Translations under genes and position numbers: made by a program | The notes under the pieces: model-generated | The model's database searches: none | What the model was told of the DNA's origin: nothing | The model's input: only the letters and a program-made list of their open reading frames with translations | Virus record (IMG/VR): IMGVR_UViG_3300027708_002017 | DNA from: an uncultured virus (IMG/VR IMGVR_UViG_3300027708_002017) | Taxonomy: Duplodnaviria; Heunggongvirae; Uroviricota; Caudoviricetes | DNA: 64,000 nt | Reading direction: 5' to 3' (one strand) | In this document: positions 52,993 to 61,969 of the stretch, piece by piece | How the letters are laid out: every line of letters begins with the position of its first letter | Numbering within the stretch: the first letter of the stretch is position 1

Positions 52993-53007
52993 AATGATAT
53001 TTATCAG

Positions 53008-53015
53008 TATAAATA
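53008..53015 (+). promoter_or_regulatory. T4-type late promoter, back-to-back with ATAAATA on the minus strand
   Basis: Exact TATAAATA before the 53035 gene; divergent TAAATA at 52998-53003 for sod. Confidence 0.7.
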
Positions 53016-53034
53016 CTCTGGAGGATAATATACC

Positions 53035-53271
53035 ATGTTAAAATTTATCAAATCATTTTTCGTTAAACCGTCAGTTGAGGCGCCTGCACCAGTTGCCGAG
53101 TACAAAGTAGAAACACCTGCAACTGTTGAAATTGTTCCAGCTGGAACGGAAGCATCAGTAGCCGCACCAGTTGTTGAAGCTAAACCAGCTAAGGCTAAAA
53201 AGGCACCTGCCGCTAAGAAAGCGCCAGCTGCCAAAAAGCCACGTGCTCCAAAAAAGCCTAAAGCAGAGTAA
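53035..53271 (+). CDS. histone H1-like K/A/P-rich small protein
   Basis: AKKAPAAKKAPAAKKPRAPKKPK; GGAGG SD. Confidence 0.75.
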   Translation: MLKFIKSFFVKPSVEAPAPVAEYKVETPATVEIVPAGTEASVAAPVVEAKPAKAKKAPAAKKAPAAKKPRAPKKPKAE

Positions 53272-54283
53272 GAGCTTTTGCTTGCTCGTATAGGGCAAGG
53301 CTAGCTAAGTTTTTGCCTTTAGATTCACACATGATATCATGTGTGTTTAGAAAGCTCAGTGCCCATTCGTTCGTTGCTGTATTCCAGTAAAAGTCTGAAT
53401 GTGCTCTGAGCTTTTGCTTTTTGTATCCGGCTTCAAGTAGAGCTGTATGATCTGGAATCATACCAGTGTTATGACCCACGAGATAGTCTTCGCGAGATAC
53501 TGAATAATGGCAAGTAGGGCGCAAACCACGCCAGCTATCCACAACACGCTTAACCCGATGATCTTGGGAGTCGATATATTCACCTTCGCGTATCCAATGA
53601 TGGTGTATATCGAGCACAATAGGAACGATATCGCTAATAGTAAGGCAGTCATTTAATCCCCATGAATTTTCTTCATTCTCAATAGTAATGGTGTTGCGGG
53701 CTTCGGGAGATAACAGGTTGTATGCTCTGCGTATGCCTTCAGGGCCTTGCTTGCCTGATATGTGTACGTTAATTTTAAAGTCTTGGAAGGATTTTCCGTA
53801 ACCCATGTAGCGGGCCATGTCTGCATGATATTCAAATTCCTCTATAGATCGTTGAACAATGCCTTCGTTAATACTAGCAAGAACAACAAACTGGCCAGGA
53901 TGCATAGAAAGACGGGTATTGCTTGCACGAGCACTAAGACCAATAAGGCTAAAATTGCGCTCAAGATAGCTGATAACGTCAGGCTTACGCCAAAAATAAC
54001 TCCAACTAGGCTCGGTATAAGCAGGAAGAATGTCGCTACTAAGGCGAACCATCCTAAGATTTTCATTAAGTTCTCCTACACGGTCTACTAGTTTTTGAGT
54101 AGCCGCAAGATTTTGCACCATTAGATCCCAGAGTTTTTGCTCTGCTACATCCTTTGATTGTCTATTTAACCAACTTATGGTAGTTGTACCAGTGTTGTAC
54201 TGTTTAGCATCATCATCTTTTTTGATGCCATCGACTTGATGAGGAAAGTCAATCCATTTACATGCGAAGCCTATACGTTTCAT
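53258..54283 (-). CDS. uvsE: UV damage endonuclease
   Basis: RIGFAC, RLSS, RLSMHPGQF, NVH, IENEE, LDIHHH, AHSD, MCESK; start MKRIG at 54283. Confidence 0.93.
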   Translation of the reverse strand: MKRIGFACKWIDFPHQVDGIKKDDDAKQYNTGTTTISWLNRQSKDVAEQKLWDLMVQNLAATQKLVDRVGELNENLRMVRLSSDILPAYTEPSWSYFWRKPDVISYLERNFSLIGLSARASNTRLSMHPGQFVVLASINEGIVQRSIEEFEYHADMARYMGYGKSFQDFKINVHISGKQGPEGIRRAYNLLSPEARNTITIENEENSWGLNDCLTISDIVPIVLDIHHHWIREGEYIDSQDHRVKRVVDSWRGLRPTCHYSVSREDYLVGHNTGMIPDHTALLEAGYKKQKLRAHSDFYWNTATNEWALSFLNTHDIMCESKGKNLASLALYEQAKALTLL

Positions 54284-54477
54284 TACCAATGCCTTATGAC
54301 GCCTGCGATTATAAAAATGTTTGTAAGTACATATGATAACACAATTGCAGTACGAATGCAAGCAATTCGATCCGATTCCTCGTCCGAACTGCCTGATTTT
54401 TCACCTAATGCTTTTGCCCAAAGGCGCCAGTATTGTTTAACCTTCGTAGATAGCCGAGTTAGCACCGTGTTCTGCAC
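54283..54477 (-). CDS. small membrane protein (start uncertain)
   Basis: WRLWAKALGEK and a C-terminal TM helix; fills the gap between queD and uvsE. Confidence 0.55.
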   Translation of the reverse strand: MQNTVLTRLSTKVKQYWRLWAKALGEKSGSSDEESDRIACIRTAIVLSYVLTNIFIIAGVIRHW

Positions 54478-54886
54478 ATTCTACCCTTACGCAATAGCAA
54501 CGATTATTGGTCTTTTCTCTGATCATTTGATCGGCAAAATTGAAAGCATGTTCAGCAAACTTCTCTGCACCTACACCATCAAAGATACGGATCTCAGCTA
54601 GATCCAACGCTTCTAGTTCTTGAAATTTGGCTAGATGTGGATCATTTTTATCCAATGCCAACTTGTGATCAAAGTGATCTTCAAGCCATGCTTTGAGCGG
54701 TTTTAGCCCGCCAAAGTCCACTGCCCAGTTTTTATTATCTAATGTATCACACCCAAATGTGAATGTGAATGCTAGACTGTAACCGTGTAGCAAATGACAG
54801 TGACTATGATCTGCATTGGGCTGTCTAAATACAGCACTCAATCCAATGTTATGTCCGTAATGTTTTGTTGAATAAAATTTTGCCAT
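54437..54886 (-). CDS. queD: 6-carboxy-tetrahydropterin synthase
   Basis: HCHLLHGY, VDFG, FDH, GAE, EHGANSA. Confidence 0.9.
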   Translation of the reverse strand: MAKFYSTKHYGHNIGLSAVFRQPNADHSHCHLLHGYSLAFTFTFGCDTLDNKNWAVDFGGLKPLKAWLEDHFDHKLALDKNDPHLAKFQELEALDLAEIRIFDGVGAEKFAEHAFNFADQMIREKTNNRCYCVRVECAEHGANSAIYEG

Positions 54887-54909
54887 TGTAATCTCCTTGA
54901 TTAAGCAAT

Positions 54910-54952
54910 GGCATGCAGAGTTTATATTGCGGGATGAATGCCTAAGTCCGCA
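54910..54952 (-). ncRNA. candidate pseudoknotted leader RNA (riboswitch-like)
   Basis: P1 UGCGG/CCGCA, loop GGCAU complementary to downstream AUGCC, A-rich linker. Confidence 0.45.
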
Positions 54953-54959
54953 TAATATA

Positions 54960-54987
54960 ATTATACACTTTTATAGTGTAAGGTCAA
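54960..54987 (-). promoter_or_regulatory. sigma70-type promoter for queD
   Basis: TTGACC-16 bp-TATAAT. Confidence 0.65.
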
Positions 54988-54989
54988 TA

Positions 54990-56210
54990 TTATTGGTGAC
55001 CAATCCCACCAAAAGGACGCCATTCGCCAGGAGCACCGGATACAATACATACCCAACCAATATAACTGTTTTCACGTGGATTAGAATTCCAGCAAATATC
55101 CCCGTTACGGAAATCGCCTTGTGTTGGTGCATCGAATCCTTGGATAAATTTCCTACCATTAAATTTAACATCTCCTGCAACCTGTAAATCAAATCTAGGA
55201 TCTGGATTATTAATTCCAATAGACATAGTACCTTCTACTGTGATTGTAGATTTATTTCTGTAATCTCCAATAATAATCGAGTTATCTCGGGCAAATAATA
55301 CATCCTGGCCTTTGGCTGTAATCTGCAAATCACTGTTTACGCAATTAATTTGATTATTAGTTAAAAATAAGTAACCATCCTCGTTGTTTCCATTTAGTAC
55401 TATACTTTTTAATTTTAAATCTGAGTTAAGAGCTGTGATCGAATTTTGGAATACAGCGGGCCCTGAAACAGTTAACTCTTGCAGTGCTCCTACGGTAACT
55501 AGGCTACTTTGAGTTACTCCAGATCCTAATGCAGTTTCAGTTAATATTGCACGACCGTTAATATAGTATGCTTGATCTTTCTCCAAATCAATACTATTAG
55601 TAGACCAAATACGATCCGGATTACTACGTAGTACAAATTGTCTTTGATAGTCGACACCGGACCAAGTTAGACCTAGTCCGTAGATTCCAGTCTCGCGTGT
55701 TGGTAGAAAATCTAAAGGTGTTGTTTTAGTTATTCTAGTATCGCTAACTAAATTAGAAACTGTTAGTGTGCCGTTAATAGTAACATCGCTATTAATATCT
55801 ACTCCGCCGGTACCTTTAATTGCAATACGCGGTAGTCCATCAGTCACAATAGTCAATGTATGATTGCTATATGTTCCAAACTCCGCATGATCATAATCGG
55901 GACTTCCTAGTCCAATTTCAACATTATTATCTATAATGCTTAGGCTAGTGCTTGGCTCGTCTGTTCCTAAACCTAAACGATTAAATGTAGTATTGAAAAA
56001 GGCAAAGTCGCCTAGTACGGTATCGCCGGAAACTGATAGAGCATTTAGCGTACCTAACTGTTTAAGATTACTAGTAGTAACAGTAACACCTAATGCTTTG
56101 GCACTGATTACTGGAACGTCATCAATCCTGTAATCGTTTTCAGCAGTAAGATTTAGACTGTTATTAGTAAGTAAAGCGCCATTTCGGCTAATAAACTGTT
56201 GTGTTGTCAT
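54990..56210 (-). CDS. tail fibre-like structural protein
   Basis: Repeated LGxxVTxSxLxxxGxL, GINNPDP..LQVAG, C-terminal GDICWNSNP...GWVC..SG.PG.W. Confidence 0.7.
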   Translation of the reverse strand: MTTQQFISRNGALLTNNSLNLTAENDYRIDDVPVISAKALGVTVTTSNLKQLGTLNALSVSGDTVLGDFAFFNTTFNRLGLGTDEPSTSLSIIDNNVEIGLGSPDYDHAEFGTYSNHTLTIVTDGLPRIAIKGTGGVDINSDVTINGTLTVSNLVSDTRITKTTPLDFLPTRETGIYGLGLTWSGVDYQRQFVLRSNPDRIWSTNSIDLEKDQAYYINGRAILTETALGSGVTQSSLVTVGALQELTVSGPAVFQNSITALNSDLKLKSIVLNGNNEDGYLFLTNNQINCVNSDLQITAKGQDVLFARDNSIIIGDYRNKSTITVEGTMSIGINNPDPRFDLQVAGDVKFNGRKFIQGFDAPTQGDFRNGDICWNSNPRENSYIGWVCIVSGAPGEWRPFGGIGHQ

Positions 56211-56263
56211 AGTTGGGTCTCTTTATATGATATTTATCATAAGACCCAACTATAACTACATGC

Positions 56264-57424
56264 TTATACCGCTTTGAGTAGGATCGTATCTTCGTTAATG
56301 CGGCCGTTCATCTTAGTGTCTGTAGCATTAATGTCGTCTAAGAACTTGCGTAGTTGTACTTTGCCTGCCGCTTTGAACTCTTTGAGCTTTTCTTCGGGCT
56401 TACGTACAGTCTTTTGAACACTTGTATGCTCGTTAAATCCTGTAATTGTAGTGCCTTTTACGCCTAAATCTTGATACTCTGCGGCAACGTACTTGCCCAA
56501 TTTACGAGTCTTAGTGTTAAAGATCCAAAGTTCCTTGGCTCCAATGATATCAGCAGGGTTAATTGACACCAATTTCAAAGGCTCATTAGTCTTCATGTAC
56601 TTCATTTTGGCAACAATCTTTTCTTTTGGTTGTGCCTTACGAGCTTTTGGCTTGCGATTTGCCTTGGCTTCTTGGCTCAACATGTCACATGCACTCATAA
56701 TCTCTTGATAAAACGCAATCAAATTCTTAATTTGCTTCTTACTACGGTGGCTATAGCCCTCTTTAAGCTGTTCATCTGCCTTGCCGCTAGCTAACTCTTC
56801 CAGCTCGGCTAAATCCTTGCTGTAGAGGGTTTTAATAACCCTAGCGTGGGCGGCTTTGACTTCTTTGCCCTTGAGCAAGTTAAGCATTTTAAACGCTTTT
56901 GGATCAAAATTCTCTGGATCCTTTTGGAAACCTTCGATAGCATCTTCAATTTCTTCAGTCATTTTGAATGCTGTTTCACGCAAACGGTCCTGAATACTGG
57001 GTTGGTTAACCGCAGGCTTGGACTCTTTGGTTTCAACTTCTTCAATGTCGTGTTTACCTGCTTCAATTACTGTAACTATCTCGTTACGTAACCAAGCACT
57101 TGTGTCTCGGCCTTTATTAAAGTCTGCACGAATAGAAGGCATACCGCGAAGTAAACAACTTGCAATGGTGCCCATTGTAACATTACAACGGCCATCTTTG
57201 GTTTTCTTAAAAGCTGTAATGTCAGCTTTGGTACAACCAGTGTCAGTCATCCATTTAACGACTGCGGGTTTCAAATCTTTGCCCGAAAACTCCAAACGGT
57301 AGTATTCTGTCGCAACATGAAAACGCTTTAGGAATTCAGCTTCACTCCAAGATTCGTGTCCGTCCCAGACTGGGCTGTGATCTTTTGGTACTCGTGTACG
57401 AGTTGCTGTAGCTGTTTTAGCCAA
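56264..57424 (-). CDS. basic early protein, function unknown
   Basis: 386-aa ORF, AGGAG SD, consensus promoter upstream. Confidence 0.8.
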   Translation of the reverse strand: MAKTATATRTRVPKDHSPVWDGHESWSEAEFLKRFHVATEYYRLEFSGKDLKPAVVKWMTDTGCTKADITAFKKTKDGRCNVTMGTIASCLLRGMPSIRADFNKGRDTSAWLRNEIVTVIEAGKHDIEEVETKESKPAVNQPSIQDRLRETAFKMTEEIEDAIEGFQKDPENFDPKAFKMLNLLKGKEVKAAHARVIKTLYSKDLAELEELASGKADEQLKEGYSHRSKKQIKNLIAFYQEIMSACDMLSQEAKANRKPKARKAQPKEKIVAKMKYMKTNEPLKLVSINPADIIGAKELWIFNTKTRKLGKYVAAEYQDLGVKGTTITGFNEHTSVQKTVRKPEEKLKEFKAAGKVQLRKFLDDINATDTKMNGRINEDTILLKAV

Positions 57425-57455
57425 TTTCTGCTCCTGTTTTGTTTAACATGTGTAT

Positions 57456-57484
57456 ATTATAGCACCAAATTGGCTAGCTGTCAA
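57456..57484 (-). promoter_or_regulatory. sigma70-type early promoter
   Basis: Perfect TTGACA-17 bp-TATAAT. Confidence 0.8.
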
Positions 57485-57498
57485 CCACACAAGTATGC

Positions 57499-59589
57499 TT
57501 AAATTGGCTTTTGCCATAAGGAAACTCCGTCCAATTCTATGGATTCTACAGTAGCATTTGCCAAATCATCCCAATTAATCTCATCCAAATTTACAATATT
57601 TCCAACAGGCCACCGATTTAATGTTTTACCAGATTTAATATATTGATTTTGCCAGTCAGGATGATCTATAACACTTTTAAATATATTATCTGGATCTATC
57701 ATTATGTTTGGAGTCATAAACAAATTACCTGTACAATCGGATGCAGTTAAGTCGTCTTCTTCTAACCATGCTTTGATATGATCTTTTCCTTGTATATCCT
57801 CACCTAGCCAAACATTATAATTATAATCTTCTTTTAAAGGATCAAATGAATCATTAGTTAATGTAGTATCATTATTGTTTTTTTCAAATAGTTTATATTT
57901 TGTTGCAAATTCTCTGCCATCTGTGCAATTGATATAATGAAAAGTTTTATGTTCTATTAAATCCCGATGCTTTAAACGATAATAAGTTGATATTTCTAAA
58001 TCGTGAACAGTTTGATTCAACCGTTGAATATTATTGTGTATAATTTCAGAAGATCCAAACTCTCCTTGATAAAATCTTGAAATTTGTATAGTATACTGTC
58101 GATGCCACGCATTAAGATGTTGCTGTGTTAAATCTGTTGGGTTCTCCAGTATATGTTTTAAATCGGATATTTCTTGTTGAAAATCATCATTAATAGCAGA
58201 ACTTAAAAATGTAAAAATATCTAGTAAACCTGTCAGCCATTCTATTCGAGGTGTTTCTTCTTTATCTTTTATTTTACAACCTCCAATAGTAATTTTCCAA
58301 TCGATAGTTGGCATGTCTTTTGATGTTTTTAAAAGATATTGTTTCCATTGTTCAGCAAATTTAGTTCTTGCAACTTCGATTTTAATCTGTTTAAGTTCAT
58401 TATTTGTAGTTTTACAATTATAAATTAATGTTGATAATGTTATGTTGTTTAAAAACTCATGCCATGTAATTCTTTTTGGATCGTCTTGGAACGTGGCTGG
58501 ATTAAGACTATATAGTTTGTTTAACTCGATATGCCAATTAACATTTCTAATAGCATCTAATTTGTTTAAATAATCGATCCATGTTAATGAAGGTGATGTT
58601 ATAGAATTAGCAACTGACAGCAAATAATTTTTAGAATTAGATTCAGGAAGGGCATTTAAATAATTTAACAAATATTCTTTATGTTCTAATGGAAAGTTTA
58701 AAACAGATAGTCCGGTCCTTCCAACAACATTTTGAACAGAAATATCATAATTGTTATCAACGCACCACTTATACAATTCATCATAGTACAAAATATTATG
58801 GACTCCTACTGATGCCAAAATGGATGACTCGAAATTAGATAGTTCTAATTTTTTGTAATTCAATAAATTTTGTTCTACTGACTCCCAGTTCGCAGGATAT
58901 CGAACATAGCTGAATGCAGATCCAACAGCATCAATACTAAAATTGATTTTAACTTTTCTAAACTTACTCCAAAGTTCAATAATAGCAGGACTTGGAAAAA
59001 ATGTTCCATTAGAGCTGTATAAAATTTCAACATTAGCCGGATTACCATGCTCTATAATGTAGTTAATTACATTAATGTGGTCCTTGGTCATCAAAGGTTC
59101 CCCACCATTAAAATATACAGTTTCTAAATTTGATACATCTAGATTCTTAAATACATCATTACTTTTAGTTTTTTTAATATTGGAGGTTTGTCTTAACCCT
59201 AATTTAACTTCGTCTTCCAACCAAGCTGAGCTATATCCGCCAGTGCATATTATACATTTTAAATTACAAATATTATCGCAATTATAGTCTAATTTTGTTA
59301 ATTGTATTTTTATAGGAAATTTATTGTCTTTAGCAAACAAATTGTATCGGCCAAGTCTTCTACTGGACCTTGAATCTTTTTCAGCATTTTTACAATAGCT
59401 ACAATCATCGGGCAACTCGCCAGTATCCAAAAAGTATTGACGAGACTTTTGAAGGTCTTGGTGATTCATGTCTATTGTATCAGTAGCGGCACTTTTTTTA
59501 GAAACACAGCAGTGTGCAAGATAAATTTTATTTTCATCTATTTTTTCAATAAACATTCCGCTAAAAAGGTCTGGGCAATAATTTTTCAT
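57499..59589 (-). CDS. radical SAM protein with N-terminal Cys (SPASM/twitch-like) domain and extra C-terminal domain
   Basis: YC...CC...CSYC; CNLKCIIC; GGEP; SID; VRYP. Confidence 0.85.
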   Translation of the reverse strand: MKNYCPDLFSGMFIEKIDENKIYLAHCCVSKKSAATDTIDMNHQDLQKSRQYFLDTGELPDDCSYCKNAEKDSRSSRRLGRYNLFAKDNKFPIKIQLTKLDYNCDNICNLKCIICTGGYSSAWLEDEVKLGLRQTSNIKKTKSNDVFKNLDVSNLETVYFNGGEPLMTKDHINVINYIIEHGNPANVEILYSSNGTFFPSPAIIELWSKFRKVKINFSIDAVGSAFSYVRYPANWESVEQNLLNYKKLELSNFESSILASVGVHNILYYDELYKWCVDNNYDISVQNVVGRTGLSVLNFPLEHKEYLLNYLNALPESNSKNYLLSVANSITSPSLTWIDYLNKLDAIRNVNWHIELNKLYSLNPATFQDDPKRITWHEFLNNITLSTLIYNCKTTNNELKQIKIEVARTKFAEQWKQYLLKTSKDMPTIDWKITIGGCKIKDKEETPRIEWLTGLLDIFTFLSSAINDDFQQEISDLKHILENPTDLTQQHLNAWHRQYTIQISRFYQGEFGSSEIIHNNIQRLNQTVHDLEISTYYRLKHRDLIEHKTFHYINCTDGREFATKYKLFEKNNNDTTLTNDSFDPLKEDYNYNVWLGEDIQGKDHIKAWLEEDDLTASDCTGNLFMTPNIMIDPDNIFKSVIDHPDWQNQYIKSGKTLNRWPVGNIVNLDEINWDDLANATVESIELDGVSLWQKPI

Positions 59590-60743
59590 ACAAAATATTT
59601 AGCTAGTGCCGGAATTGCATCTAATAAGTATTCTTTACGATGCAGATCTGTCTTATATAAAATAGATAAATTATCTTTAATTGTATTGCCGTTAACATGT
59701 TTGCTATTCATGTATTTTAAAATCCCCATCATGGTATCTTTATAATTTGGTAACCAGTCGTAAAGATTCCACTTACTTTCAATTTCATTTTTTAAATTTG
59801 CCGGGGCAGACCATAATGCCATGTGAGTCGGAGAATGTACTATATTATTCCAAATAGTAAACTTTGGAAATTCTGTTTTAATCAATTCGTGCATCTCGGG
59901 CACTTCAAGAGCATTAAGCCAACTAATAGTAAGATTAATTTGTATACTAATTCTGCCTGCAAAGTTATGATACTTTTGCATATTTAGATAAACTTCATCC
60001 CACTTGCCTAAATGTCGTAAGTATTCGTAAGTAGTCCCAGTTCCATCTATACTAAGCCCAACACTAACAGATTTAAAATTATCAGCAATTCTCTCTAATA
60101 GTTCAGGAAAAAATAAAGTACAATTGGTGCTAAGAGTTAAATCGATTTTTTTACTATAACCTTGATCTATTAGTTCATTTAATATGGTATGCCATTGTTT
60201 TACATAAAAAGGCTCGCCGCCCACTATTTCTAATCTCGTGAGAGTTTTATACCAGTTAGTACGATCATTCCACAGTTTACCTAGCTCGTCACCACTTTGT
60301 CCACGAGGCATTGGATAACCAGTGTCACCGGTTAATATTTTAATTTCATTTTGCCATTGTGTGCTATGACTTGGTGTACAGCTACGGCATTTTAAATTAC
60401 AACTATTATTAATAATAAGTTGTAGCTCAGAAACACTTGCAGGTTCACTCTCCCAGGCTATTGGTTCTTTCCTGATAGACGTATTGTATATCATACGTTT
60501 ACTTTGATATCCGTTGTCTTCGTCTGCCCAGCAAGTACTACAACCCTCGGGCCGTTCGTTGCGTCTAAACTGTTCACGCAAATTTTTCATAAATGTGCTA
60601 CGAAGTATTTCATCCGGTGTACTAGTTTGTACATACATATCGTCTATATAACCTTTATATAAACAACATGGCTGTGCCCTGCCATCCGGTTCATTACTAA
60701 ATCCAGTCCACGGTATACTACATAGATTACTAGGGCAAGTCAT
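59586..60743 (-). CDS. radical SAM protein (twitch-like N-terminus)
   Basis: CSIPW...PCC...CSTC; CNLKCRSC; GGEP; SIDG. Confidence 0.9.
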   Translation of the reverse strand: MTCPSNLCSIPWTGFSNEPDGRAQPCCLYKGYIDDMYVQTSTPDEILRSTFMKNLREQFRRNERPEGCSTCWADEDNGYQSKRMIYNTSIRKEPIAWESEPASVSELQLIINNSCNLKCRSCTPSHSTQWQNEIKILTGDTGYPMPRGQSGDELGKLWNDRTNWYKTLTRLEIVGGEPFYVKQWHTILNELIDQGYSKKIDLTLSTNCTLFFPELLERIADNFKSVSVGLSIDGTGTTYEYLRHLGKWDEVYLNMQKYHNFAGRISIQINLTISWLNALEVPEMHELIKTEFPKFTIWNNIVHSPTHMALWSAPANLKNEIESKWNLYDWLPNYKDTMMGILKYMNSKHVNGNTIKDNLSILYKTDLHRKEYLLDAIPALAKYFV

Positions 60744-61969
60744 CGTTTACCTATTTCCATTGATAAATTTTTTGATTTGTTTCTACGCTGACAATACTGC
60801 TCAAAAAACTTATCTGAGTCTGCCCTATATTCTTTATTTTTAATGTCTGTTAGGTTAGGATCTAACATGTTTAAAATACGTGGCACTGTAGACAATTCGA
60901 TATTAGTTAATTGTGGTTCAATTGATTTGAAAAACTTAGTATATTTTTGAAGGTAAAATTCTCTGTCTTCATACGACAGACATGTAAGACTTTGGAATTC
61001 GGGATACGTAGCAAAATTAATTGATATGTAAGGTCTTCTATTGATTTCTAAAATATCTCTATATAAATCGTCTAACCCAATTAATGCTAATGCTGTTATT
61101 GTAGTGCTAATACTAACGGTTGCTGTTGTCTCTGAACAAATACGTTTAACATTATTAAGCCACTCGTTGTACACCATGCCGTCACGGATAAACTCGGCTA
61201 CTTCTCCAGCACTTTCATTGCTGATGTTTATACGAACATTTGATAACTTATTAATATTATTAATAAATCTATCAATGATTAAAGGTTTTTGACATAAGTT
61301 AGTATGTATTACACATTCTATATTAGGATTAATTTGTAATATTTTTTCAAAAGTTTTAAATGTGTCTTCGTGCAACAACGGCTCACCGCCGGTAATCCTG
61401 ATGCTTTCTAATTCTCCAGCAGATTGATAAAACCAGTCCCAGAATAAATCCATGTCAACTTGTACATTATTATCTATACCTCTGAGATAATGTAATTTTT
61501 TATCTGTGATTAATCCTGTGTAGTTTCCAAGATTTTTAATATCATTTTCCCATTCGCTACTAAAACTAGGACTGCAATAGCTACAAGCTAAGTTACAAGT
61601 TTTCTGAAATGCTAGTTCTAAAGATTTTGGTTTAAAATCAAAGTCTCGATTTAAGTAATCTTCCACCTTAAGAGATTTATTAAACCCTAAGGATTTTAAT
61701 TCTCTATCACTGACAATTCCTTGATTTTCTAAATTCCAGCAATAATTACATTCGCTGGGTTTTTCGCCTAACAACATTCTATTTTGTTGATCTCGTTTTT
61801 TTGACGGATTAAAAAATGTAACAACATCACTTCCAGTCGCTACCATCGGAGTATGATGGCAACTGGATATTTTACTGGAATACAGCCATATGGTAGCTTC
61901 GTGAAATTTGGCTAGGCATAATGTATCACTAGTCTTGGATTTAAGCTCATTGAGCAATTGCTTGTTCAT
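60740..61969 (-). CDS. radical SAM protein (twitch-like N-terminus)
   Basis: CLAKF...SCHH...CNYC; CNLACSYC; GGEP; IRDG. Confidence 0.9.
   Translation of the reverse strand: MNKQLLNELKSKTSDTLCLAKFHEATIWLYSSKISSCHHTPMVATGSDVVTFFNPSKKRDQQNRMLLGEKPSECNYCWNLENQGIVSDRELKSLGFNKSLKVEDYLNRDFDFKPKSLELAFQKTCNLACSYCSPSFSSEWENDIKNLGNYTGLITDKKLHYLRGIDNNVQVDMDLFWDWFYQSAGELESIRITGGEPLLHEDTFKTFEKILQINPNIECVIHTNLCQKPLIIDRFINNINKLSNVRINISNESAGEVAEFIRDGMVYNEWLNNVKRICSETTATVSISTTITALALIGLDDLYRDILEINRRPYISINFATYPEFQSLTCLSYEDREFYLQKYTKFFKSIEPQLTNIELSTVPRILNMLDPNLTDIKNKEYRADSDKFFEQYCQRRNKSKNLSMEIGKR

Noticed and set aside
53004..53234. Minus-strand ORF MAAGAFLAAGAF...
   Set aside because: Mirror of the K/A/P-rich plus-strand gene, which has the promoter and SD.
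514..54361. Longest-ORF starts in the supplied track (e.g. 1203, 1712, 5780, 16513, 16907, 24379, 26338, 52134, 54361)
   Set aside because: They overlap upstream genes or lack an SD; downstream ATGs at coupled junctions or with SDs were used instead.
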